From: an uncultured Gemmatimonadales bacterium
GTDB lineage: Bacteria > Gemmatimonadota > Gemmatimonadetes > Longimicrobiales > Gaopeijiaceae
Direction: 5' to 3'
Assembly: GCA_963809895.1 (NCBI GenBank)
Contig: CAWELD010000010.1
Span: 352,001-416,000, forward strand
Length of the DNA stretch: 64,000 bases
In this document: positions 1 to 8,231 of the stretch, one piece after another
Layout of the letters: every line of letters begins with the position of its first letter
Numbering within the stretch: position 1 is the first letter of the stretch
The notes under the pieces: generated by a model
What the model was told of the DNA's origin: nothing
Database searches by the model: none
What the model saw: the letters and a program-made list of their open reading frames with translations, nothing else
Translations under genes and position numbers: made by a program

Positions 1-2059
1 GTACGGAGGGTTCGTCATCCACCACGAGGATGACCTCGCCGTTCCCTCGACACGTGGGCTCGGTCGTCGGCACCGACGCAGTCGTCGCAGCGCCCCCATC
101 ATGCACCGGCAGGTAGACCCGGAAGGTGGAGCCCCGCCCGGGGACGGAATACACCCGGATGAAGCCGCCGTGGCCCTTGACGATGCCGAGTGCGGTGGCG
201 AGGCCGAGTCCGGTCCCTTTGTCCGCAGCCTTGGTGGTGAAGAACGGATCGAAGATGCGATCCAGAATCTTCGGCGGAATGCCGGTGCCGGTGTCGCTGA
301 CCTGCAAGACGAGATACGGGCCGGGCGTGACGTCGAACGCGTCAGCGTCCACACCGGCGTCGAAGTCCTTCCGTTTGACCTCAACAGATAGCGTACCGCC
401 ATCCGGCATGGCGTCGCGGCCGTTGAGCAACAAGTTGAGCAACACCTGGTGCAGTTGGGTGACGTCGCCCAGGATGGCAGGAAGTTCCTTTGGGCAATCG
501 ACGCGGAGTTCGATACTCTTTGGGAACGTGCTCCGGGCCATGCGCTCCACCTCGATGAGCAGCGGCCCGACCCTGACCGGCAGCCGGTCGCCTTCGGCGC
601 CCCGGGCGAAGGTGAGGAGCTGTGTCACCAGGTCTGCGCCGCGCTTGGCCCCGCCTTCGATGAGGTCGAGATCGGCCATCGCGCGGTCTGGCAACTCCGA
701 CCGCAACAGTTCGGCGGCCATGAGCACTGGGGCGAGCGCGTTGTTGAGGTCATGCGCGATTCCACCGGCCAGCGTGCCGATGCTCTCCATCCGCTGGGCG
801 CGCCGCAATTGAGACTCCAGCCGCTGCTGTTCGGTGACATCCCGCTTGACGGCAACGAAGCTGACCGTCTTCCCTGCAGCGTCACGCATTGGCGAGATGG
901 TGACCTCTTCGTCGTAGAGCGTGCCGTCCTTCCGCTTGTTGGTGAGGCGCCCGCGCCACACCCTGCCGTCGGTCAGCACGGTCCACATCCGCCGGTAGAA
1001 TTCCGCGTCATGCATACCGCTCTGGAGGAAGCGTGGATTCTGGCCCACGGCCTCCTCGCGACTGTAACCGCTGGTCGTTTCAAACGCCGGATTGACGTCC
1101 TGGATGATCCCGTTGGCGTCGGTGATCAGGATGGACTCGGCGGCCTGCTGGACAGCCATCGCCAGCCGGGCTGCGGACGCTTCCGCCCGCTTGAGTGGGG
1201 TGATGTCGAGATAGGTGCCGAGAACGCCGGAGATTTCCCCCGTGGCATCGCGGAGCGGGACTTTGCTCGTCAGTAGCGTGATGGTCGCCCCATCGGGCGT
1301 CGTCTGCGGCTCTTCGACGAGGAGACTCGCCTGGCCGCTCTCGATCACCTTGCGATCATCCTTGCGATAACGACTCGCCTGGTCGCGCCAGGCCAGTTGA
1401 TGGTCCGTCTTTCCGATGACGTCCCGCGGATCGGCAAGACCCGCATCGTGGGCAAAGAGAGCATTGCAGCCCAAATACACCAGGTCCCGGTCTTTCCAGA
1501 AGACGCGCGCCGGAAGCGCGTTGATGATCTCGTTGGTGAGGCGCTGGGACGCCTCGAGAGCCGCCTTCGCGCGTGCGGCCGCGGTCATGTCGCGGATGTT
1601 ACACTGGATCACCCGCCGTGCGTCCACCAGATAGACGTTGCTGACGAACTCGACCTCGATCCGTCGTCCGTCAGAGGTCTCCAGCGCCTTGTCGTCGTAG
1701 CGGACGTACTCGTGCTCCGACAATTCGAGAAAGTTGTCCCGATTTGCCACGATGTCTCGGAGGAAGCCCAGATCCCACACGTGCTTGTCGCACATTTCCG
1801 CGTGCGAATAGCCCAGCAGCTCCGTCAGAAATGGATTCACGTCCGTGATCATCCCGGTCTCGGCATCGAGGATCAGGATGCCGTCCTTGGCGGACTCGAA
1901 GAGGCGGCGATAGCGCAGTTCTGAAGCGCGGAGCGCCTCGTCATCCCCTGCGGGGCCCTGGCGCCCCGCGGCAGGTGGCTCGTCGGCGGAGGCGAGGCTC
2001 GCCCGGAGTCTCGCCAGGAGCTCCAGCCGCTCGGCGAGCGAGAGGTCGGAGATATTCAC
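1..2059 (-). CDS. Multi-PAS hybrid sensor histidine kinase with receiver domain (3' end outside window)
   Basis: Manual translation from GTG at 2059 gives three PAS/PAC segments, H-box GIAHDLNN, N-box QVLLNLLLNGRDAM, G boxes DTGTGI / FFTTK / GTGLGL, then the start of a receiver (ILVVDDEP). Not in the ORF track because no stop codon falls in the window. Confidence 0.92.
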   Translation of the reverse strand, partial: MNISDLSLAERLELLARLRASLASADEPPAAGRQGPAGDDEALRASELRYRRLFESAKDGILILDAETGMITDVNPFLTELLGYSHAEMCDKHVWDLGFLRDIVANRDNFLELSEHEYVRYDDKALETSDGRRIEVEFVSNVYLVDARRVIQCNIRDMTAAARAKAALEASQRLTNEIINALPARVFWKDRDLVYLGCNALFAHDAGLADPRDVIGKTDHQLAWRDQASRYRKDDRKVIESGQASLLVEEPQTTPDGATITLLTSKVPLRDATGEISGVLGTYLDITPLKRAEASAARLAMAVQQAAESILITDANGIIQDVNPAFETTSGYSREEAVGQNPRFLQSGMHDAEFYRRMWTVLTDGRVWRGRLTNKRKDGTLYDEEVTISPMRDAAGKTVSFVAVKRDVTEQQRLESQLRRAQRMESIGTLAGGIAHDLNNALAPVLMAAELLRSELPDRAMADLDLIEGGAKRGADLVTQLLTFARGAEGDRLPVRVGPLLIEVERMARSTFPKSIELRVDCPKELPAILGDVTQLHQVLLNLLLNGRDAMPDGGTLSVEVKRKDFDAGVDADAFDVTPGPYLVLQVSDTGTGIPPKILDRIFDPFFTTKAADKGTGLGLATALGIVKGHGGFIRVYSVPGRGSTFRVYLPVHDGGAATTASVPTTEPTCRGNGEVILVVDDEPSV

Positions 2060-2463
2060 ACTCGTTCCTGCGCTCGGTGCGCGTGGGGAAGACGGCACGT
2101 CAGGACCCGTCGCCAGCACACGGCGCGGGCATCGGACTTGATCGTGCTTGGCCGACGCTCGGTTCGTGGCCGCACGATACGACAGGCGCACGGCCAAACG
2201 GTCTCGCGCGACCAGCTCCGCTTCCTCACCATGCACCCCTCATCTGTGATGGGTTCGACAACACCCGCGCCGCCACGCATCGAACGCGGGACGGATTCAC
2301 CGAAGGGTAAAGGTCCTGTTGTGAAGTCCAGGGCAAGAGGGGATCGGCTCCAATCGCTCAAAGGGGTAAAGAGCGACGTGGCACACTTGAAGGGTATCTG
2401 TCTGCCGTGGGTAGCGAAAGCCTCATCAGCCATGAGATAGCTGGCTTCTTGAGGACTCAGTGA

Positions 2464-3215
2464 GCTTCGCCGAATCCGGGCCGGTTCTCATCCGGCCGTC
2501 CCTCCTTCGGCTCCCGACAACGACGAAGGCTCCTCGACCGATGTGGTCGAGGAGCCTCAGTCGGGACGGCCGGATGGAGCTGCGGTGGCCGCTGGCGCGG
2601 CCATCCTCGCTCGCCTCGCGACGGGGGGCGGGTGGGCCTGACGGGGTGGCTAATTGGTCGCTCGGCTCGAACCGGCGATCCGTCTTCGGCTTCGCCGAAT
2701 CCGGGCCGGTTCGAACCGGGGGAGAATGAAGAGAGGCCCGCGGCAGTCGCCGCGGGCCTCGTAATCGGGACGGCCGGATGGAGCTGCGGTGGCCGCTGGC
2801 GCGGCCATCCTCGCTCGCCTCGCGACGGGGGGCGGGTGGGCCTGACGGAGTAGTGAGTCGGTCGCTCGGCTCGAACCGGCTACCCGTCTTCGGCTTCGCC
2901 GAATCCGGGCCGGTTCTCATCCGGCCGTCCCTCCTTCGGCTCCCGACAACGACGAAGGCTCCTCGACCGATGTGGTCGAGGAGCCTCAGTCGGGACGGCC
3001 GGATGGAGCTGCGGTGGCCGCTAGCGCGGCCATCCTCGCTCGCCTCGCGACGGGGGGCGGGTGGGCCTGACGGGGTGGCTAATTGGTCGCTCGGCTCGAA
3101 CCGGCGATCCGTCTTCGGCTTCGCCGAATCCGGGCCGGTTCGAACCGGCGCGGCTCGAGAACGAAGAAGGCCCGCGGCGAGTCGCCGCGGAGCCTCGTAA
3201 TCGGGACGGCCGGAT
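2464..3215 (-). repeat. tRNA-linked tandem repeat array (about 3.5 units; 429-bp higher-order period)
   Basis: CGGGACGGCCGGAT (tRNA-Pro 3' end on - strand) starts at 2562, 2766, 2991 and 3202 (spacings 204, 225, 211). Sequence from 2464 recurs from 2893. Each copy is followed on the - strand by a GC-rich hairpin. Confidence 0.92.
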
Positions 3216-3274
3216 TCGAACCGGCGACCCCCTGAACCCCATTCAGGTGCGCTACCGGGCTGCGCCACGTCCCG
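3201..3274 (-). tRNA. tRNA-Pro (GGG)
   Basis: CGGGACG acceptor stem, anticodon arm CCTGA-ATGGGGT-TCAGG, T-loop GGTTCGAATCC; no encoded CCA. Confidence 0.96.
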
Positions 3275-3310
3275 AGACGGGCAGAAGTATAACCGGCGCC
3301 CATGGCGCCC

Positions 3311-4132
3311 TCAACCCTGGGCGAGGGCCGGCGTCAGTGCGGTGTCAGGGGCGTCGAGACGGTACCCTACGCCCCGGACGGTCGTGACGAGCTCCGCCTC
3401 TGGCTGCTTCTCGTCGAGCTTGCGTCTCAGGCGGTGAACCGTAGCATCCAGTACTGCCTCGGTTCCCTTGTCCTGACCCCAGATGTCGCGCAGGAGCACT
3501 TCTCGCGGTACCACCTCGCCCTTGCCTTCCATCAACCGCACCAGCAGCTCGAATTCCCTTCCGCTGAGCGTCAGGGGGTCCTCACCGTCGAGCACCTGTC
3601 GGCTGGTCAGGTCGATGGTGAGCCCTCCGATCATGACCCGGTGTCTCAGCGGCCTGTTCGGGGCTGGAGTCCCGCTGATCTGTCGCAACAGGACCTGACG
3701 ACGCATCAGAATGGCACGGGCGGAGTGTGGAGGACACACGAGGTCGTCGGCACCGGCGGCGAGCGCTTCGTCGGTGCACTCGGGGTCTGCGCAGGATGAC
3801 AGGAGAAGGCGGACTGCACGGGATCCTCCCTTCTCGAGGGAGCTCAGGAATTCAAGGGAATCTCCCGCCGTCGGGTCCGCGCCCACCACGATGGTGTCGG
3901 GGCGAATACGGTCGGCGTCCTCCATCGCTCGAGCGAAGGTGGTGGCGGTCGCAACCGCGTGACCCGACTCCCGGCAGGCTTCGGCGAGGCTCGCCGCGTT
4001 GCGGCCGATGCCAGCGAGGAGGATCATCCCTCGCTCGACGGCGGGCCGGCCGTCGCCCCGAATCGGACGCTCGCCGCCGGGATGGGCCGCTGTTGCATGC
4101 TCGAGCTGGTTGATATCACGTCTGATCAACAT
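3311..4132 (-). CDS. OmpR/PhoB-family winged-helix regulator with degenerate receiver domain
   Basis: C-terminal LSGREFELL...VHRLRRKL...TVRGVGY; ATG at 4132 has GAGGA upstream; receiver lacks the usual acidic pocket and Lys. Confidence 0.88.
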   Translation of the reverse strand: MLIRRDINQLEHATAAHPGGERPIRGDGRPAVERGMILLAGIGRNAASLAEACRESGHAVATATTFARAMEDADRIRPDTIVVGADPTAGDSLEFLSSLEKGGSRAVRLLLSSCADPECTDEALAAGADDLVCPPHSARAILMRRQVLLRQISGTPAPNRPLRHRVMIGGLTIDLTSRQVLDGEDPLTLSGREFELLVRLMEGKGEVVPREVLLRDIWGQDKGTEAVLDATVHRLRRKLDEKQPEAELVTTVRGVGYRLDAPDTALTPALAQG

Positions 4133-4305
4133 CTCAAATCCTCTCAGCAAGAGGTGCGCTGTGCACCTCTGATATCTTCTTCATAGGCGTCGCCGCAGGG
4201 GTGACGTTGATCCTACAGCACCGAGGACCCACAGGGTCCGGGAAGTGTTGTCGGGCCGCGGCAATCCTCCGGGGAACCCACCCGAACAAGCGGGTGTTCG
4301 GAGGG

Positions 4306-4335
4306 TTGACACCCCCCTGGCCGAACGGGTATACT
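4306..4335 (+). promoter_or_regulatory. sigma70-type promoter of the tRNA array
   Basis: TTGACA (4306-4311), 18-nt spacer, TATACT (4330-4335), 11 nt before the first tRNA. Confidence 0.85.
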
Positions 4336-4346
4336 TGGGGCCCTGT

Positions 4347-4420
<74 letters not shown>

Positions 4421-4494
4421 TTTTGGAGCGCCGCCGGGTCTGGGCGGCGTTTCCCACGTTTGAGAGTCACGCCGAGGCGCCGGAGAGATCGACG

Positions 4495-4617
4495 ATGCCG
4501 TTTTCCCTGAGTCCGCGAACGACCGAGCGTGCGCGCACGGACGCGTCGCAGGCCCGTGGGTTCACGGTGGCGGACACCTGGTCTAGCCAGCATCGGGTGG
4601 GGGTTGGCGAGCGGTAG
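4495..4617 (+). CDS. Putative 40-aa leader peptide inside the tRNA array
   Basis: GGAGAG RBS-like motif at 4482-4487; MPFSLSPRTTERARTDASQARGFTVADTWSSQHRVGVGER*; 3' end overlaps a potential antiterminator. Confidence 0.5.
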   Translation: MPFSLSPRTTERARTDASQARGFTVADTWSSQHRVGVGER

Positions 4618-4645
4618 CATTGCGACCGTCTTCGCTTGAAGAGCC

Positions 4646-4679
4646 CCGCCCGAGCCCGAGTGGCCGGGCGGTTTTTTTT
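4646..4679 (+). terminator. Intrinsic terminator (attenuator-like) directly before tRNA-Phe
   Basis: CCGCCCG (4646-4652) pairs with CGGGCGG (4665-4671), inner GCC/GGC pairs, then 8 T (4672-4679). Confidence 0.8.
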
Positions 4680-4681
4680 CC

Positions 4682-4754
4682 GGCCAGGTAGCTCAGTTGG
4701 TAGAGCACACGACTGAAAATCGTGGTGTCGGCGGTTCGATTCCGTCCCTGGCCA
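4682..4754 (+). tRNA. tRNA-Phe (GAA)
   Basis: GGCCAGG/CCTGGCC acceptor stem; CACGA-CTGAAAA-TCGTG anticodon arm. Confidence 0.96.
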
Positions 4755-4792
4755 TGAAAAAGCAGGACGACACCGCCCCGAGCGGAGTCCAG

Positions 4793-4865
4793 AGGTCCGT
4801 AGCTCAATTGGTAGAGCACCGGTCTCCAAAACCGGCGGTTGGGGGTTCGAGTCCCTCCGGGCCTG
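4793..4865 (+). tRNA. tRNA-Trp (CCA)
   Basis: CCGGT-CTCCAAA-ACCGG anticodon arm; GGTTCGAGTCC T-arm. Confidence 0.96.
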
Positions 4866-4907
4866 TGATACGGCCGGAGTGTGGCCTGCCCCTGGGGGTG
4901 GGTAGAG

Positions 4908-4979
4908 GCCCCCATCGTCTAACGGCTAGGACACCACTCTTTCAAGGTGGCGGTCGGGGTTCGATTCCCCGTGGGGGCA
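4908..4979 (+). tRNA. tRNA-Glu (TTC)
   Basis: GCCCCCA/TGGGGGC acceptor stem; CCACT-CTTTCAA-GGTGG anticodon arm. Confidence 0.96.
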
Positions 4980-5008
4980 TTGATCAACGTTGGAATTGCA
5001 GGGAGTTT

Positions 5009-5082
5009 GGGGCTGTAGCTCAGTCGGTTAGAGTGCCGGTCTGTCACACCGGAGGCCGCGGGTTCGAGTCCCGTCAGCCCCG
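5009..5082 (+). tRNA. tRNA-Asp (GTC)
   Basis: GGGGCTG/CAGCCCC acceptor stem; CCGGT-CTGTCAC-ACCGG anticodon arm. Confidence 0.96.
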
Positions 5083-5165
5083 CTGGACGTTGTTTGAAAT
5101 CTGGTGCGAGCGGTCGATCCTTTCGGGGATCCCCTCGTGCTTTCGGGTCATCGGAATGAAAGGCT

Positions 5166-5238
<73 letters not shown>

Positions 5239-5278
5239 CTGGTCCGCGGGTGCGCCGTGAGGCGTGCCCCGGTGCCGG

Positions 5279-5362
5279 GCTCGGGTGGCGGAATTGGTAG
5301 ACGCGCAGGATTCAGGATCCTGTGGGGGCAACCCCGTGAGGGTTCGAGTCCCTCCCCGAGCA
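5279..5362 (+). tRNA. tRNA-Leu (CAG)
   Basis: CAGGA-TTCAGGA-TCCTG anticodon arm; long variable arm. Confidence 0.96.
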
Positions 5363-5429
5363 CTGCTTCGGTTCGCTTGAGGCAGCGTCGGTCACCCTCG
5401 CCAGGTGCCGACAAACCGATAGGAAGGTC

Positions 5430-5513
5430 GCCCACGTGCTGGAATTGGTAGACAGGCTGGTTTGAGGGACCAGTGCCGGAAACGGCGTACAGGTTCGAGT
5501 CCTGTCGTGGGCA
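5430..5513 (+). tRNA. tRNA-Leu (GAG)
   Basis: CTGGT-TTGAGGG-ACCAG anticodon arm; long variable arm. Confidence 0.96.
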
Positions 5514-5527
5514 CTCCTGGCGGGCGC

Positions 5528-5601
5528 GCGCCCGTAGCTCAATTGGATAGAGCGTTTGACTACGGATCAAAAGGTTGGGGGTTCGAGTCCTCCCGGGCGC
5601 A
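5528..5601 (+). tRNA. tRNA-Arg (ACG)
   Basis: TTTGA-CTACGGA-TCAAA anticodon arm. Confidence 0.96.
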
Positions 5602-5629
5602 TCTCGTGTTGAAGGGCACAAGGGGATTC

Positions 5630-5703
5630 GGGCGCGTAGCTCAGTTGGTTAGAGCGCTACGTTGACATCGTAGAGGTCAGAGGTTCGAGTCCTCTCGCGC
5701 CCA
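5630..5703 (+). tRNA. tRNA-Val (GAC)
   Basis: CTACG-TTGACAT-CGTAG anticodon arm. Confidence 0.96.
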
Positions 5704-5713
5704 TGCGAAGGCT

Positions 5714-5786
<73 letters not shown>

Positions 5787-5796
5787 CTCCAGACCT

Positions 5797-5869
5797 GCCA
5801 CCATAGCTCAGCTGGTAGAGCACGTCACTCGTAATGACGGGGTCGTCGGTTCGAGTCCGACTGGTGGCT
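5797..5869 (+). tRNA. tRNA-Thr (CGT)
   Basis: CGTCA-CTCGTAA-TGACG anticodon arm. Confidence 0.96.
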
Positions 5870-5903
5870 CTGGCCGGTCGGGCGAAGCCCGGCTCTGATG
5901 TGG

Positions 5904-5976
5904 TGCCCCGTGGTGTAATTGGCAACACGCCGGATTCTGGCTCCGGAGAGTCTAGGTTCGAGCCCTAGCGGGGCAA
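5904..5976 (+). tRNA. tRNA-Gln (CTG)
   Basis: CCGGA-TTCTGGC-TCCGG anticodon arm; TGCCCCG/CGGGGCA acceptor stem. Confidence 0.95.
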
Positions 5977-6015
5977 TCTTCACCGCCGACGTCGGATGGA
6001 TCGGCGGAATCCTGG

Positions 6016-6101
6016 GGAGGGATGGCCGAGTGGCTTAAGGCGGCGCCCTGCTAAGGCGTTGGGCCGAAAGGCCCGCGTGGGTTCGAATCCCACTCCCTCC
6101 G
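6016..6101 (+). tRNA. tRNA-Ser (GCT)
   Basis: GCGCC-CTGCTAA-GGCGT anticodon arm; long variable arm. Confidence 0.95.
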
Positions 6102-6146
6102 TTCGATTCCTTCTTCGGGATCCCGTCTCGAGGTTGGATGCTTCCT

Positions 6147-6230
6147 GGACGGGTGGCCGAGCGGCTTAAGGCGCACGATTGGAAATCGTGTGGGCGAAAG
6201 CCCACGTGGGTTCGAATCCCACCCCGTCCG
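6147..6230 (+). tRNA. tRNA-Ser (GGA)
   Basis: CACGA-TTGGAAA-TCGTG anticodon arm; long variable arm. Confidence 0.95.
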
Positions 6231-6285
6231 TTGCTGATCGAGAAAGCGGGAGTGAGAGTGGGCTTCTCACCCACGGAAGGCTGTT

Positions 6286-6359
6286 CGGGGCGTGGCTCAG
6301 TCCGGTAGAGCGCTGCGTTCGGGTCGCAGAGGTCCCCGGTTCGAATCCGGGCGCCCCGA
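6286..6359 (+). tRNA. tRNA-Pro (CGG)
   Basis: CTGCG-TTCGGGT-CGCAG anticodon arm. Confidence 0.96.
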
Positions 6360-6378
6360 CTTTGGTTGGTTCAGGCAG

Positions 6379-6464
6379 GGAGGGGTGCCGGAGATGGTCG
6401 AACGGGCCCGCCTCGAAAGCGGTGCGTGCGAAAGCACACGGGGGTTCGAATCCCTCCCCCTCCG
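6379..6464 (+). tRNA. tRNA-Ser (CGA)
   Basis: CCGC-CTCGAAA-GCGG anticodon arm; long variable arm; GGAGGGG/CCCCTCC acceptor stem. Confidence 0.93.
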
Positions 6465-6572
6465 TTGCGGGTAGCGTGCTTTTTCATTGCGATGATCCGA
6501 CACGACGTCCAACGCCCCCTGCCGCATTCCGGTAGGGGGCGTTCTTGTGTTGGGGGAGCCTGGAGGTCGGCT

Positions 6573-6959
6573 CTACGAGTCGTCTTGGGCGCGCCGGGCG
6601 AGCGCTCGCTGCACGGCGGCCCGAACCCCGTCGACCGTGAGGGGCTTCTGCAGCGTCTCCACGGCGCCGATCATACCCGCGTCCTTGAGAACGAAGTCCT
6701 TGTCGGCGAAGCCACCGCCGGAGATGGCGATGATGGGGACGTCGGGATTGAGCTCCTGATACGTGATCAGGAACTCGATTCCGTCCATCTCGGGCATGTA
6801 CACGTCGGTGATCACCGCGTCCACCGTGTACTGGCGCCCCAGGTCCAGAGCCGCTCGCCCGTCGGCGGCTTCCAGGACCTCGTGACCGTCGAGCTGCAGG
6901 ATCTTGGTGAGAGACCTGCGGACGGCGGGTTCGTCGTCGATTACCAGGATCGTGGCCAT
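6573..6959 (-). CDS. Single-domain response regulator (CheY-like)
   Basis: ILVIDDE, TDVYMPEMDG, QKP receiver motifs. Confidence 0.92.
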   Translation of the reverse strand: MATILVIDDEPAVRRSLTKILQLDGHEVLEAADGRAALDLGRQYTVDAVITDVYMPEMDGIEFLITYQELNPDVPIIAISGGGFADKDFVLKDAGMIGAVETLQKPLTVDGVRAAVQRALARRAQDDS

Positions 6960-7089
6960 GAAGTCGCGTGGGGCCGAGTCGAGTGCGCCTGCGGGAGAGC
7001 GACCCCTGAAGTATACTGCAAGGCTTCGATCAGGACAGGTTCACGACGCTTTCATCGATCTTCGCCCTCTTGATTCCGCGGGAGGAATC

Positions 7090-8229
7090 ATGCCGGACCC
7101 GGAACGCGAGACATCCCCCAAGTCGGCGGATACCGCCGCGCGAATCCGCGAGCTGGAGTCGCGCCTCGCGAGCGCGCGCCGGATGGAAGTGCTGGGTCGG
7201 CTGGTCGGAGGCGTGGCGCACGACTTCAACAACGTGCTGTCCGTGATCACGACGCTCAGCGAGTTGCTGATCCGCTTCGCGCCGGACGACGATCCCGATC
7301 TCGAGGATCTGGAGGAGATTCGCGCCGCCGCCCTCCGCGGATCCGAGTTGACCCGCCAGCTCCTGGCCTTTGCCAGGGCGGACGTGGGAGAGCCGGTGGC
7401 GGTGGATCTCAACGAGCGCGTACGCCTGGCGGAGAAGCTCTTCCGAAAGCTGCTTCCGGAAGACGTGACTCTCACGGTGGACGTTGCGGACGACGTTCCC
7501 CGGGTGCGAGCCGACCCCGTGGAAGTGGATCAGGTGATTCTCAACCTCGCGGCGTATGGGCGTGAATGCCTGCGAGAGGGTGGGACCATCCGCCTTTCCA
7601 CGACCACGAGCCCCGAAGGCGAGGCTGTGATCGAGGTCCTCCTGGAAGGGCGCGCGGGGGCTCCCGTGGACATGCGCCCGGATACGCCGGCATCGGCGCG
7701 GGGCGGCGTCGTCGAGCCGGGGCTGGAACCCATCGAGGAGACGCTACTCCTGCGCGGGGGTGAGCTGCGCGTGGAGAATCGGACGATCTCGGTGCTCCTC
7801 CAGCCTGCCGAGGAGCCAGCGGGAGGCGAGGAAGCCGTGGTCGCCGGGAACGGAGAGGCGATCCTCGTGGTCGAGGATCAGGCCACGGTGGCGGAGGGTG
7901 TCGTCCGGACCCTGGAGGCGCTCGGGTACAACGCCCGGGCGGCGGGTACCGGCGAAGAAGCTCTCGCCGCCATGCGCGAACGGGACGCGCTCTCGTTGGT
8001 GGTGTGCGACGTGGTGCTGGAGGACTGCTGGGGAGCGGAGCTCGAGCGCCGGGCGGCGGCATCCGACGGCGCCGGCATGCCGTTCCTCTTCTTTTCGGGC
8101 CACGAGCAGCATCCGGCTTTGGCCGAGTTGCGCGCAGCGGGCCGCCCGGTGCTCCGCAAGCCCTTCACCCAGCAGGTCCTGGCCGCCGCCGTGGCGGACG
8201 CCCTGCGAGGGACTCGCGCCGAGGGCTGA
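7090..8229 (+). CDS. Sensor-less hybrid histidine kinase-like protein (HisKA, degenerate ATPase, receiver)
   Basis: GGAGGA RBS before ATG 7090; GVAHDFNN H-box; C-terminal ILVVED...CDVVL...RKPF receiver. Confidence 0.85.
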   Translation: MPDPERETSPKSADTAARIRELESRLASARRMEVLGRLVGGVAHDFNNVLSVITTLSELLIRFAPDDDPDLEDLEEIRAAALRGSELTRQLLAFARADVGEPVAVDLNERVRLAEKLFRKLLPEDVTLTVDVADDVPRVRADPVEVDQVILNLAAYGRECLREGGTIRLSTTTSPEGEAVIEVLLEGRAGAPVDMRPDTPASARGGVVEPGLEPIEETLLLRGGELRVENRTISVLLQPAEEPAGGEEAVVAGNGEAILVVEDQATVAEGVVRTLEALGYNARAAGTGEEALAAMRERDALSLVVCDVVLEDCWGAELERRAAASDGAGMPFLFFSGHEQHPALAELRAAGRPVLRKPFTQQVLAAAVADALRGTRAEG

Positions 8230-8231
8230 GC

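Noticed and set aside
2464..3215. CRISPR array
   Set aside because: Units are over 200 bp, spacers are themselves duplicated, and no cas genes are present.
2426..3268. 280-aa repetitive ORF and overlapping ORFs
   Set aside because: They start inside tRNA-Pro and simply translate the GC-rich repeats; no protein-like features.
4282..4301. LexA (CGAAC-N4-GTTCG) box
   Set aside because: Spacing is N8, not N4; kept only as an unassigned palindrome.
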